Made by a program: the position numbers and the translations under genes
The notes under the pieces: model-generated
Told to the model about the DNA's origin: nothing
The model's database searches: none
Seen by the model: the letters and a program-made list of their open reading frames with translations, nothing else
Shown: positions 52,921-64,000 of the stretch, one piece after another
Layout of the letters: each line of letters opens with the position of its first letter
Position numbering within the stretch: position 1 is the stretch's first letter
Assembly (NCBI RefSeq): GCF_006345805.1
Contig: NC_043001.1
Span: 128,278,001-128,342,000, forward strand
Origin: Octopus sinensis
Lineage: Eukaryota
DNA length: 64,000 nucleotides
Direction of reading: 5' to 3'

Positions 52921-54337
52921 GACAATTCCTGGGCCTTTCTCATCATTAATTTCTTTTGTCACTGTCCTTGCACTTAGTAATATTTTCCACAGGTAGCATA
53001 TTATGGCTCTAGTTACTATTTTTTCATCATTCGTTATCAAGGCTGTAAAATAAAGAATAAACACTGTTTATACATGGAAATAAAGAATAAAAAATTTAAC
53101 AACGATTCGACAACAAGTTGTATCAAATTAATGATATAACATGGAGATACAAGTTGCCAAAAATCATCAAGAAAATCTGGAAAAATGTTTGACTCAACCT
53201 TGTATGATCATTGTTTAACATCCGCCTTCAATGCTGGCACAGTTTGGATGGTTTGACAGGAGCTGGCCAGGCAGAAGACTGCACCAGACTTCTGTGTCTG
53301 TTTTGGCATGGTTTTCATGGCTGGATGCCCTTCCTAACATCAACCACCCCACAGAGTGGACAGAATGCTTTTTACATGGCACCAGTACAGGCAGGGTCAC
53401 CCAGTAACTTGCAAGACAAAGATCCTTTGAGAGAGGAGAGGGCATTGGAGGAGGGGATCTTGAGCCAGATGATGAAAGGTATATGATGGAAAGATGGAGA
53501 CAGAAACAGGTGTCTTGTTATAGAAGAGATTTAATATCTTGATGTGCAGTGTAGTGGTGTAGAATATACCTTCTGACCTCTCAGCTAATTAATTGTTTAC
53601 AATTTTATCAACTTACAAATGATGCCCTCATACAAAAGGTAACAAAATACCAAAGAATGTTGTTCATTGGTTTCCAGATGGATCGTAGGGCATCTGCCCT
53701 CATTGTATGGCAGTCCAGACAAACTTTGGATCGAAAACATCAACAGCGACCTGAAACCAACTCTACACTAATGCTGGACTTGTGTCATGCATGATTGAGA
53801 AAAATGGAAATATGAAAACTCAATAACATCCATATATTCTCCTAGTGGGATTTTTAACTCTTAATACTCATAGAAGAATGGTGCTAAGTAAATAGTGTAA
53901 AGCATTTAGGTATTATGTGCTGCTATTTCTGCTAATTCATTGCATCATCAGGAAATAAATAAAAATATTGATTGATTGAGTAATTGGTTGAATGAATGTA
54001 TGTATGATAGAAAGAAGGGAAGAAGGAAGGGAAATAAAATTGGATGGAATCCAATAGCAAAGAAGATAATATATTCTCTAGAGCTAGACAGTATCATTTA
54101 TTATGAACCTAAAACATTCTAATGCCATTAATCCTCGAGAGATTAGGAATGGCAGCAGCCAGAAAATAAGAATAAAACTAAATAAATAACAGAAACAAAA
54201 ATCAAAATAAAGAGTTAATTCAATATTCATAGTTATGCATGCAAATGATCTGTTTGGAATGTTTCAAAGTTAATTTACAAGATAAAGCTAAGTGCAAGTG
54301 AATAGAGAATGAGCCTGGGTATGAAAACACATTCGCT

Positions 54338-54440
<103 letters not shown>

Positions 54441-54712
54441 GAAATGCAGTTGCATTGTTAGGGACATGTAATGAAAATGTATAATACATGTTGGAAGGAG
54501 AAATAATTGAATTAAACTGACAGTTGGTGGTGCTTATATTGACGGCATCAAAAACAGAACCCCCACAAAAAGAATAAGGACAAGTGATGAGGTTATATGT
54601 GATTTAACTGGGTCTCATGGAGAAGTTGTACCAGGATCATATAAAGCTGTAGTATAGCGGGAAAGAGGAACTAGGTAGTAAATTGACATGATGGTTAGAA
54701 TATCAGATAAAA

Positions 54713-54713
<1 letters not shown>

Positions 54714-54745
<32 letters not shown>

Positions 54746-55150
54746 GTTTAACGTCCGTTCTCCATGCTAGCATGGGTTCGACGGTTCGACTGGGGTCTGG
54801 GAAGCCAGAAGGCTGCACCAGGCTCCGGTCTTATCTGGCAATGTTTCTACAGCTGGATGCCCTTCTTAACACCAACCACTCCGTGAGTGTAGTGGGTGCT
54901 TTTTACGTGCCACCTGCACTGGTGCCAGGCGAGGCTGGCATTGGCCACGGTCGGATTGGTGCATTTTATGTGCCACCTGCACGGAAGCCAGTCGAGGCAG
55001 CACTGGCTTCGGCCACGATTTGGATGGTGCTTTTTACGTGCCACTGGCACGGAAGCCAGTCGAGGCGGCACTGGCTTCGGCCACGATTCGGATGGTGCTT
55101 TTTACGTGCCACCGTCACGGAAGCCAGTCGAGGCGGCGCTGGCATGGTAT
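54714..55150 (-). mobile_element. Family D with about 4 VNTR units
   Basis: (CAT)n plus family D body. Confidence 0.88.
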
Positions 55151-55679
55151 TTATTGCAACTCTTCCAGGTCAACTTTCATCCTTTCAAGGTTGATAAAAA
55201 AAAGTACCACTGGAAGATGGATGGAACTGTAAAAACATTGGACTGAATGCCTTGCAGTATTTGTTTTGGCTTCTTGGATTCTGAGTTCAAATAATGTTAT
55301 GGCTGTCTTGGATTGCCATCCTTATCACCATTTAATGTCTATGTTTTCTATGTTTGCATAGGTTGAATGGAATTTGTTAAGGCAAATTTTCTATGGCTGT
55401 ATGCTCTTCCTGTTGCTAACCATCACTTCTTTCCAAATAAGGTAAAAGTAATATTCCCCCCAGACCTGGCATATCTCAGAAGACGGGAAATGGTGTTGTG
55501 ACACTTACTTATGACTATCAAGTGATGTCAAAATAAGGAGACAGTAACACACACTTATGCACACACACACATACACAAACACACACACACACACACACAT
55601 GCACACACACACACACATGCACACACACACACATACTCACACGTGTGCACACCACACACACACACACACACGTACATAT

Positions 55680-56801
55680 ATAAAGTGTTTGGGATCAATT
55701 TTAACAATTTTTTAAGTATCTCCTTTTTCAGTAATAGCTTGATGCATTGGTGAACTGTTAGCAGTGTTGGCAAGCACAAGAATATATTTGTAGTTGAAAA
55801 CAAAAGTTAGCTGACCGGGAAGGCTGGAAGCCATCTGAATATTGGAAAGCAATTACCTATATCATGATGTTTTGTACCAAGTATCAAAATGCCAGCATTA
55901 TGACTGCTGCTCAATGCTCTGTGAACACTGTAGAGGCTGTAAAACATGACATGGACAGCTACAATGGAGATGTCAAAGCTATGGCCAGCAAGAAGGGACA
56001 CAGCAAGTGTTCTGACTGCATGTGTACTTAGGAATTCATCCCCACATCTTTGAACAGGGCCTTAACCCTTTTGTTACTAACCCGGCCAAAACCGGCTCTG
56101 GCTCTATGGTAAAATGTCTTGTTTTCATAAATTTTGAATTAAAATCTTCCACCAAACCTTAGTCACAATTTATGTTCCTAACACCAGCTGAAAGATAACT
56201 AAGTTATTTTACTAAATTCTTTGTCATATTTAAAATAATTGAAAGAAACACAGAGCATCTCAAAATAAATACAGTAACGAAAGGGTTAAGATCAATTCAG
56301 ACAGCCATGTGAAGATGCTGGAGATTATAGCCAATCCCTGGCTGGAAAGAGTTGCTGCTGGGAAGCCATGTGTGATAACAGGATTTAGCTCTTTGTCACA
56401 CTTCTAGAAGAAGTTAGAAGTGTTTGTCAGAGAACTTCTACAACTGGACCAGCCTTAATTTCTGGCCTTCTAATTCTCCTGACTGTATTCCTATATATTA
56501 CAATGTGCAAGGCATGGAGAAAGACACTAACTGCTCTGCCTGCAACACCAAGGCCAAGCTGGTGGCCAAGATCAAGGAGGTGTTCAAAGATCTTCCCTGA
56601 GCCACAATGGGCAATGCATGCACCAGGGTCTGAAGCTCTCCTGAGGCTGTGGTAGAAGCTGAGGGCAACCGTCTTGAGTAAACTGTTATCTCACAGCTGT
56701 AATCTAGTTGATATTTTTTACTTTTAAATGCTTCTGTTTTTGGATGGGTCATTGTTTCTTTTCATTTTACACAAACTGTTAAATTTAGCCCAAACAACCT
56801 G
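55680..56801 (+). mobile_element. Degenerate, internally deleted Tc1/mariner (maT/DD37D-like) transposon, interrupted by a piggyBac MITE
   Basis: PWLERVAAGKPCV.QD..CHTS, FWPSNSPDC, EAVVEAEG peptides; weak TIR similarity between 55680 and 56770-56801. Confidence 0.7.
56066..56285. mobile_element. piggyBac-type MITE
   Basis: TTAA TSD at 56062-56065 and 56286-56289; TIR CCCTTTTGTTACT / AGTAACGAAAGGG. Confidence 0.88.
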
Positions 56802-56804
56802 TAC

Positions 56805-56835
<31 letters not shown>

Positions 56836-57059
56836 TATGTATGCATGCATGCATGTATCTATTTATCTATCTCTCCAGTTATCCACACACACACATATAT
56901 GTATATATATATATATTATATATATATATATATATTATATATATATATATATATAATATATATATAAATCCTTAAATCCTTAAAATGTTTTAGCCCGAAG
57001 GCCGCGGCCATGCTGGGGCACCACCACACACATATATGTATACATATATATCTACACAT

Positions 57060-57092
<33 letters not shown>

Positions 57093-57099
57093 AAGACCA

Positions 57100-57478
57100 C
57101 CACCTACCCAAGATCACCACTGGACACTGCAATAGGGGGGACACCAAGGAAGCATTACAAGGACTGCCTGAAGTACTCCCTTAGCATTTGTGACATTGAT
57201 TATTGTGAGTGGTCCATTCTAACAGCTGACTGCATCACTCGGTGCCATACCAACAGCAATGTTGTTTCCTCTTTTGAGATCTCTCGCAGTGCCTCTCTTG
57301 AAGACAAATGTCAAAGGTGAAAAAATAATGCAGCTGCATCATTAGACCCTGGACAACCATACCCTTGTTATCATTGCAATCGGATATGTCAATCCCACAT
57401 CGGCCATAACAGCCATGAATTAGCATGCAGATGATGTGGACAACAGCCTTCTTAATCTTCATCAGATGCCAGCCTCGT
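57100..57478 (+). mobile_element. RTE-clade LINE 3' end (second family, C-terminal Cys/His finger)
   Basis: GGTPRKHYKDCLKYSL..IDY..W, YPCYHCNRICQSHIGHNSHELAC, UTR CTTCTTAATCTTC. Confidence 0.75.
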
Positions 57479-57498
57479 GCCTATATGCTAGCCTTGGC

Positions 57499-57598
57499 TT
57501 TCTGCTGAAGATGGCAACGCCAATCGTAAATTTAAATTATTTTATTTACAAATTATTTTATTTACAAATGATTGCCGAAACTATGCATAATCCAGAAA
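57499..57598 (+). ncRNA. Hammerhead-like motif with long stem II/loop, probably decayed
   Basis: TTTCTG-CTGAAGA-T-GGCAA..TTGCC-GAAA-CTATGCATAA-TC-CAGAAA; 6-bp stem I, palindrome TATGCATA, C-A mismatch at position 15.2/16.2. Confidence 0.55.
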
Positions 57599-57746
57599 AG
57601 ATAGGGTAAACATTTTTATTTCTCTTTCCATTTCAGAATTACAACAATTAGTAGTTTGGAGTTTAACTGCTCTTTCTAGTGAGTCAGATGTCCTATTATG
57701 GCCATCTCTTATGTGTTTAAATATATATATATATATATATATATAT

Positions 57747-58030
57747 CTGTAAAATAATATGTGACAATTATTCAATAGCCAAGATAAAACTCTGAGTTTC
57801 GGATGCTGAAGTGGAAATCCGCAACACCATCTCTTCGGTAATCTGGCCATCTGAAAACGCTATGATAACCAAAGAGATGGTGTTGTGGATATCCACTTCA
57901 GCATCCAAAACTCAGAGTTTTATCTTGGCTATTGAATAATGGCAACATATTAATTTACAGATAAACTTCCTCTATTTACATAATATTGAGGTCTCTTTCT
58001 TTCTTTTGTTATCTTACCGTTTTTACCAAT
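57747..58030 (+). mobile_element. Foldback mini-element (about 93-bp arms, 28-bp loop, 70-bp tail) in (TA)n with a hammerhead-like variant
   Basis: 57747-57839 is the reverse complement of 57868-57960; consensus GATAA-CCGAAGA-GATG..CATC-C-GAAA-CTCAGAG-TT-TTATC. Confidence 0.75.
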
Positions 58031-58148
58031 ATATATATATATACCGGAGTAAACACATAAATGTGAAACAAGGTGGAAAAAAGAGTACTCAAATACCAGG
58101 GGTAGAGTAATATGCTTTATTTAAAAGCAGCAGAAATTCAACAAAACC

Positions 58149-58184
58149 TGTTACTTGGAGTTTCACGTTCCCGTTCCTCAGACA
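58149..58184 (-). ncRNA. Minimal type I hammerhead, canonical core (inverted partner)
   Basis: Sense TGT-CTGAGGA-ACG(GGAA)CGT-GAAA-CT(CCA)AG-TA-ACA. Confidence 0.75.
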
Positions 58185-58204
58185 GTTTTGTTAAAATACA
58201 AAAG

Positions 58205-58240
58205 TGTCTGACGAACGGGAACGTGAAACTCAGAGTAACA
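58205..58240 (+). ncRNA. Minimal type I hammerhead, canonical core
   Basis: TGT-CTGACGA-ACG(GGAA)CGT-GAAA-CTC(A)GAG-TA-ACA; GUA site; stem I extendable CAAAA:TTTTG. Confidence 0.8.
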
Positions 58241-58274
58241 GGTTTTGTTGAATTTCTGCTACTATTAAATAAAG

Positions 58275-58305
<31 letters not shown>

Positions 58306-59499
58306 ATGTATGTATGTATGTATGTATGTATGTATGTATGTATGTATATATAATTTGAACTTCTTTCAGTTTCTCTCTACCAAATCCACCGACAAGGCTT
58401 TGGCTAGCCTGGGGCTGTGGTAAAAGACACTTCCCCAGGGTGTCAATTTATGGGACTGAACCTGAAACCATGTGGGTGGGAAACAAACTTCTTAACTGCC
58501 CAGCCACGGCTGTGCCTGGTACAATTAATATGTTCCCTAGTTTAACACTACCATACAGTATCTTGGGAGACTTTAGTAGAGCCCACTGTATTGTAAACAT
58601 GCATTCCAGGTCTTCAGTTTGAGGATATCTTCCTTCCCCGTCCTTTCAAGCTGAAAGACCTGTAAAGTTTAATGCGCACTGCTTCCCTCCTGAGTAAAAA
58701 ATGAAAAAAAGTATGCAGTACTGATGACTCTTGCCATGTAAATCTATCCTAGAATAAAAAAAACCTTCATTATAAATTGAAAGAATCTATTTTTAGCTAT
58801 ACTATATTATTTTTTAGCACCATTTCATCCTTGATCAAGCAGGTCTATGATTAAGAGTGTTCCAACACCATCATGTCTTTTTGTATATCTAAAATTATAT
58901 TGACCAATGAGCCTTTTCCTTTTTATGAAAATGTGTTTGTGATTTGAGAGAGTTTGGCTGCTATTTCTAGCAGACCAAGCAACCATATAGAGGCTCCCTT
59001 GTTGGGTTATGGTTATACTAAGAAAATTTGATACAGCTATTAGAATATAGAATGAGATACTTCACAGTTTGGTGTTTCCTGTTATTGTATTCGAATTCCA
59101 CTGTAGCCAACAATTAGAGTGTACAGTTATGAGTACATTTTGTGTGGCAGGAAATCAAGATAATTTCTTTAAGAGATTCCTTGGTTCTTCTAAGCAGAAT
59201 GGATATTATATTTAAAGCAAACGTAGTTGTAAGAGCAATTATTCTAACAGTACGTAAGTGTTCAAATATTGAAAAACAATTATCTTATCATGCATTGCAT
59301 GAAAAAATCTGGCAGCAAAACAGTAACAAAATAGCCAAAATAAAATTACCTTATTTGATTAATCTCTCATATTATTACAAGTGTCAGACAAAATGGTTTG
59401 TCATATTTATTCTGGTTCTTTATAATTCTGAGTTCAAATCCTGCTGAGGTTAGCTTCGAATTTGAACCTTCTGGGATCAATAGAATTACAGTGTATTTT

Positions 59500-59894
59500 G
59501 AGCCGGTGGCACGTAAACAGCACCATCTGAAGGTGGCCAATGCCAGCGCCGCCTAGACTGGCTTCCGTGCCGGTGGCATGTAAAAAGCACCATCCGAATC
59601 GTGGCTGATGCCAGTGCCGCCTCGACTGGCTTCCGTGCCGGTGCCACGTAAAATGCACCAATCCGATCGTGGCCGTTGCCAGCCTCGCCTGGCACCTGTG
59701 CAGGTGGCACATAAAAAGCACCCACTACACTCACGGAGTGGTTGGCGTCAGGAAGGGCATCCAGCTGTAGAAACACTGCCTGATCAGACTGGAGCCTGGT
59801 GCAGCCTTCTGGCTTCCCAGATCCCCGGTCGAACCGTCCAACCCATGCTAGCATGGAGAACGGACGTTAAACGATGATGATGATGATGATGATG
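59500..59894 (+). mobile_element. Family D with about 4 VNTR units
   Basis: Family D body and (GAT)n tail. Confidence 0.88.
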
Positions 59895-60375
59895 TTTCAT
59901 GATCTTAACTTGCCCTTTTCTCTCTATGTTGCTGGCTTTGTACCTAAATTAGAAACTATTTAAATTGGCAAGCTTGCAGAATCATTAAAAGTAACAGAAA
60001 AAGTGCTCTGTAGTATTTATTAAGGCTTTTTACATTCTGAATTCAAATTCCGCATCATTCCTGGGTGGATAAATTAACTGACACTGTCAGTTACGGCAAA
60101 GAGTGTTCCAGTCAATCCATTCAATGGAACAGCCTGCTCAGGAAATTAATGTACAAGTGGCTGAGCATTCTACAGACATGCGTACCCTTCCGAGTGGACT
60201 GGAGCAATGAGAAATAGAGAGTCTTGCTCAAGGATATAATGTGCTGTTGGATATCAAACTCACAAGTTTACAATCATGAGCCAAATACCCTATCCACTAA
60301 GCCATGTGCTTTCACTTGGGTGGATAAAATAAAGTGCCAGTCAAATACTGAGGTCAATGGTATTTGAATAAATTA

Positions 60376-60612
60376 GGGTGGTGAACTGGCAGAAACGTTA
60401 GCACGCCGGGCGAAATGCGTAGCCGTGTTTCATCTGTCGTTACATTCTGAGTTCAGATTCCACCGAGGTCGACTTTGCCTTTCATCCTTTCAGGGTCGAT
60501 AAATTAAGTACCAGTTATGCTCTGGGGTTGATGTAATCGACTTAATCCGTTTGTCTGTCCTTGTTTGTCCTCTCTGTGTTTAGCCCCTTGTGGGTAGTAA
60601 AGAAATAGGTAT
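60376..60612 (+). mobile_element. SINE family A
   Basis: Matches the consensus. Confidence 0.9.
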
Positions 60613-60984
60613 TTGAATAAACCCATTCCTCAAACTTGCTGGCATTGTGCCTAAATCAGAAACCATTATTACCATCATCAACATCATCATTATTATTATG
60701 GCCACTATACTGTCAAGTCACGGAAACTTGGTGCTCCTTAAGTTGAAAAAGTGTTTGTAATTTTTTTGGCTTTCTAAGGCCCCCGTCTTTTCATTTTTAT
60801 TGTTACGATTATATTTCTGAGATTGTCTGGACTGCACAGATAGTATTTTTGTGTAGAAAAACATCCCAGTTTGCAGAGGGTTTGTGTCAATAATTTTTTA
60901 GATTTAACTGCTTTCGCCAAAGACAAATATTTTGCAATTTTCTGTAATTATTTAAAGATGGAAATCGAATTGAACCAGCCAGGA

Positions 60985-61323
60985 TCCCTGGTCTGGTGGT
61001 ACGTAAAAAGCACTATCCGACTCGTGGCCGATGCCAGCACCGCCTCGACTGGCTTCCGTGCCGGTGGCACATAAAATATACCAATCTGACCGTGGCCGTT
61101 GCCAGCCCCGCCTGGCACCTGTGCAGGTGGCATGTAAAAAGCACCCACTACACTCACGGAGTGGTTGGCGTTAGGAAGGGCATCCAGCTGTAGAAACATT
61201 GCCAGATTAGACTGGAGCCTGGTGCAGCCTTCTGGCTTCCCAGAACCCCGGTCGAACCGTCCAACCCATGCTAGCATGGAGAACGGACGTTAAACGACGA
61301 TGATGATGATGATGATGATGATG
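60985..61323 (+). mobile_element. Family D with 2-3 VNTR units
   Basis: Family D body and (GAT)n tail. Confidence 0.88.
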
Positions 61324-61494
61324 GCTGATAAAGAAGCCCTCATAATGTTCAACAAAGGAATGCACTCCTTGTTGAGAAAAATTGCCTTTCATCCTTTCCG
61401 GGTCGATAAATTAGGTACCAGTTGTGCACTGGAGTTGATCTAATCGACTGGCCCTTCCCCCCAGATTTCAGTCCTTGTGCCTAGAGAAGAAAAG

Positions 61495-61560
<66 letters not shown>

Positions 61561-61563
<3 letters not shown>

Positions 61564-64000
61564 TAGTTTTATTTTTATAACGTGCGTTCACTTCACTACC
61601 GAGCGCAGCTCTGTGTGCTTTGGGTATGTGCTGTGATTTGTTGTGATGCTCTGATGGTTATTGTATGGAAAGTGTTCTACGTAGGATGTGTGCAGTGCCT
61701 AGTAGTGCAATTTTCTGTATGTTATATGTGTTTGTAAGTCCTGGTGTTTTTGTTATGTATTTGTCTGAATATTTTTTTATCATGCCTAATGCACCTACTA
61801 TGATAGGAATTGTTTCTGTTTTCAGATTCCACATTCTAGTTACCTCTATTTCCAGGTCTTTGTATTTTGAGAGTTTCTCCATTTCTTTTAGAGACACGTT
61901 GTCATCTGCCGGTATTGATACATCAATTAGAAAGCATTTTTTTTTCATGATCTCTGACAACTATATCTGGTCTGTTGGCCTTAATTTCTCTATCTGTGTG
62001 TATCGGCATATCCCAGAGTATGGTTGCTTTCTCGTTTTCTGTGACCTTTTCTGGTGTGTGCCTATACCATCTTTTTTCTGTTGTTATTCCATAATGTTGG
62101 CATAGCTTCCAATGTATGTAGGTTCCAACTCTGTCATGTCTGTGAATATATTCCTTCTTAGCCAGGACTGGGCAGCTAGAGATAATATGATTTATTGTTT
62201 CTTGTCCGTCTCCACATATTCTGCAGTTACTTGTAATATTTCTTTTCATTACATGTTTTTGGTAATTTCTGGTGGGGAGGCTTTGGTCTTGTGCTGCAAT
62301 TAAAAATCCCTCTGTTTCTGCTTTGAGTCCTGAGCTTCTCAACCATTGCTGGGATTTTTCTTTGTCTATTTCTTTTGCGTTTAGTTTAGTCCAGTATTTA
62401 CCATGAAGGGGCTTTTCTTGCCATCGTTTTATCATGGTTCGTTGCTGTTCTATTTTTAGTTTGGATTTCATTTGTTTTATAGCTTTTGTTGTTTCTTCAT
62501 CATCTTCTTCTTCTTCTTCGTGTTTATTAGGTGGTATGATTTCTTGTTTGTATTTGTCAGCTTCCTTAAATACTGAGAACAGTTTTTTTGTTTTGCTCGT
62601 GTTTTGCTGCTATCTGGATCAGTTTTCCTTCCTTCTGAAGTAGGTATTTTTGCAGTCCTATGGTGGTTATTTTATAGTAGTTTTCCAGCTGTATAAGGCC
62701 TCTACCACCTTCTATACGTTGTATATATAGTCTTTCTATGTCAGATTTTGGGTGATGCATCCTAGATCCTGTCAGTATTTTTCTTGTTTTCCTATCTATT
62801 TTGGACAGTTCATTTCGTGTCCAGTTAAGGATATTGTAGCTGTAACTTATAACTGGGACAGCTAAAGTGTTGATACCTATTATCTTGTTTTTAGCATTGA
62901 GCTCTGTTTTTAGTATTGATCTAACTCGTCTATAATATTCTTTTTTATTTTCTCTTTCATTTGTGTGTGTTGTGTCTTATCTAGTTCATGGATTCCTAAG
63001 TATTTGTAAGTTTGGCTTTGGTCTAATTCTTTTATTTCATTGGTTTTATCTAGTGTGATGTTGTTACTCTTAACTAGTTTTCCTCTTTTCATGGTTACTT
63101 TGGCGCATTTTTCTAATCCAAATTTCATATCTATTTCTTTGGTAAATCCATGAACTGTCTTTAATAGTGTTTCCAGCTGTTTGTCATTTGCAGCGTATAG
63201 TTTTAGGTCATCCATATATAAAAGGTGGCTGATCGTTTTGCCGTAACATTTATATCCGCATCCAGTTCTATTTAGCATATCAGATAGAGGTGACAGTGCC
63301 AAGCAGAAAAGGAGTGGAGAGAGCGTGACTCCCTGGAATATTCCTCTTCTAATGGGGATGTCTATGGTTTTCATGAGTCCCTCTTTTGTTTGGAGGTGTA
63401 GGACTGTTTGCCATTTATTCATAGAGTGCTCTATGAATTTTATGATTGTTGGTGCTACTTTGTTAATGGCTAGTGTTTCGAGGATCCATGTGTGGGGGAT
63501 GCTATCAAATGCCTTTTTGTAGTCAATCCAGGCCATACTGAGGCCTTTCTTCTTTCTGTGGCTGTCTTCAGTTACGGCTTTATTAATCATTAGTTGATCT
63601 TTACAGCCATATGAGCCTTTGCGGCATCCTTTCTGCTCTTCTGGGAACAGTTTGTTTTCGTCCAGGTGCTTGTTCAGCCTTTGCGATATCACTGCAGTAA
63701 ATGCCTTGAACATAGTAGGGAGGCAGGTTATTGGCCTGTAGTTTTCTGGTTTTGCTGTTTCATTTGATTGGGAATTAAGATGGTTTTCCCCTTCGTGAGC
63801 CATTCAGGCATTGTCTCTGGCTCTGCTAGTATGCTGTTAAAGTTTTCAGCCAGCTTTTTGTGCATTCCTGTTAGATATTTCAACCAGAAGTTGGGGATCT
63901 TGTCATGCCCAGGTGCCTTCCAGTTGCTTAGTTTTTGCAGTGCCTGGGTGACCTCTTCAGTTGTTATGGGGGTCCAAAGTTGTTCAGATGCCGAGTTTGT
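61561..64000 (-). mobile_element. Young Dong/R4-like non-LTR retrotransposon (RT, CCHC, RLE, 3' UTR), 3' end at (TAA)n, continues beyond the window
   Basis: ENYRPITCL, WIDYKKAFDSIPH, GIFQG, YMDDLKLY, CRICGDGQETINHIISSC, NRPDIVV, LIDVSIPAD, KYKDL; (ATT)n at 61495-61560. Confidence 0.95.

Larger units (their letters stand above)
58044..58277 (-). mobile_element. Foldback mini-element (about 73-bp arms, 20-bp loop, 67-bp tail) in (TA)n with two back-to-back hammerheads
   Basis: 58111-58184 is the reverse complement of 58205-58277; (TA)n on both sides. Confidence 0.85.

Noticed and set aside
59142-59447. 101-aa ORF and nearby GTAAGT donor as a host exon
   Set aside because: The acceptor is weak, the peptide is unrecognisable, and the ORF end runs into a SINE fragment.

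Overview
Eukaryotic, AT-rich, repeat-saturated genomic DNA, most likely an Octopus/cephalopod intron or intergenic region. The taxon is inferred only from recognising the tRNA-derived SINE families. No confident host gene is present; one weak candidate exon lies at 18113-18250. Nearly all ORFs in the supplied track are microsatellite artefacts or transposon fragments. Contents: dozens of tRNA-derived SINEs from at least 3 families; RTE, CR1, Tx1/L1 and Dong/R4-type LINE remnants; two Penelope-like elements (PLEs); mariner and maT remnants; hAT-, piggyBac-, Tc1- and Merlin-like MITEs; a tandem array of four non-autonomous Helitrons plus a solo copy; and mini-/microsatellites. The most striking signal is a set of six sequence-unrelated segments, each abutting (TA)n, that carry minimal type I hammerhead ribozyme motifs read by hand. 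One is the 3' end of a Neptune-like PLE. The other five are short non-coding elements with more-than-one-monomer tandem or inverted architecture, consistent with PLE-mobilised, retrozyme-like elements. Ribozyme activity is untested. Coordinates of degenerate SINE/LINE copies are approximate (about +/-20 bp).
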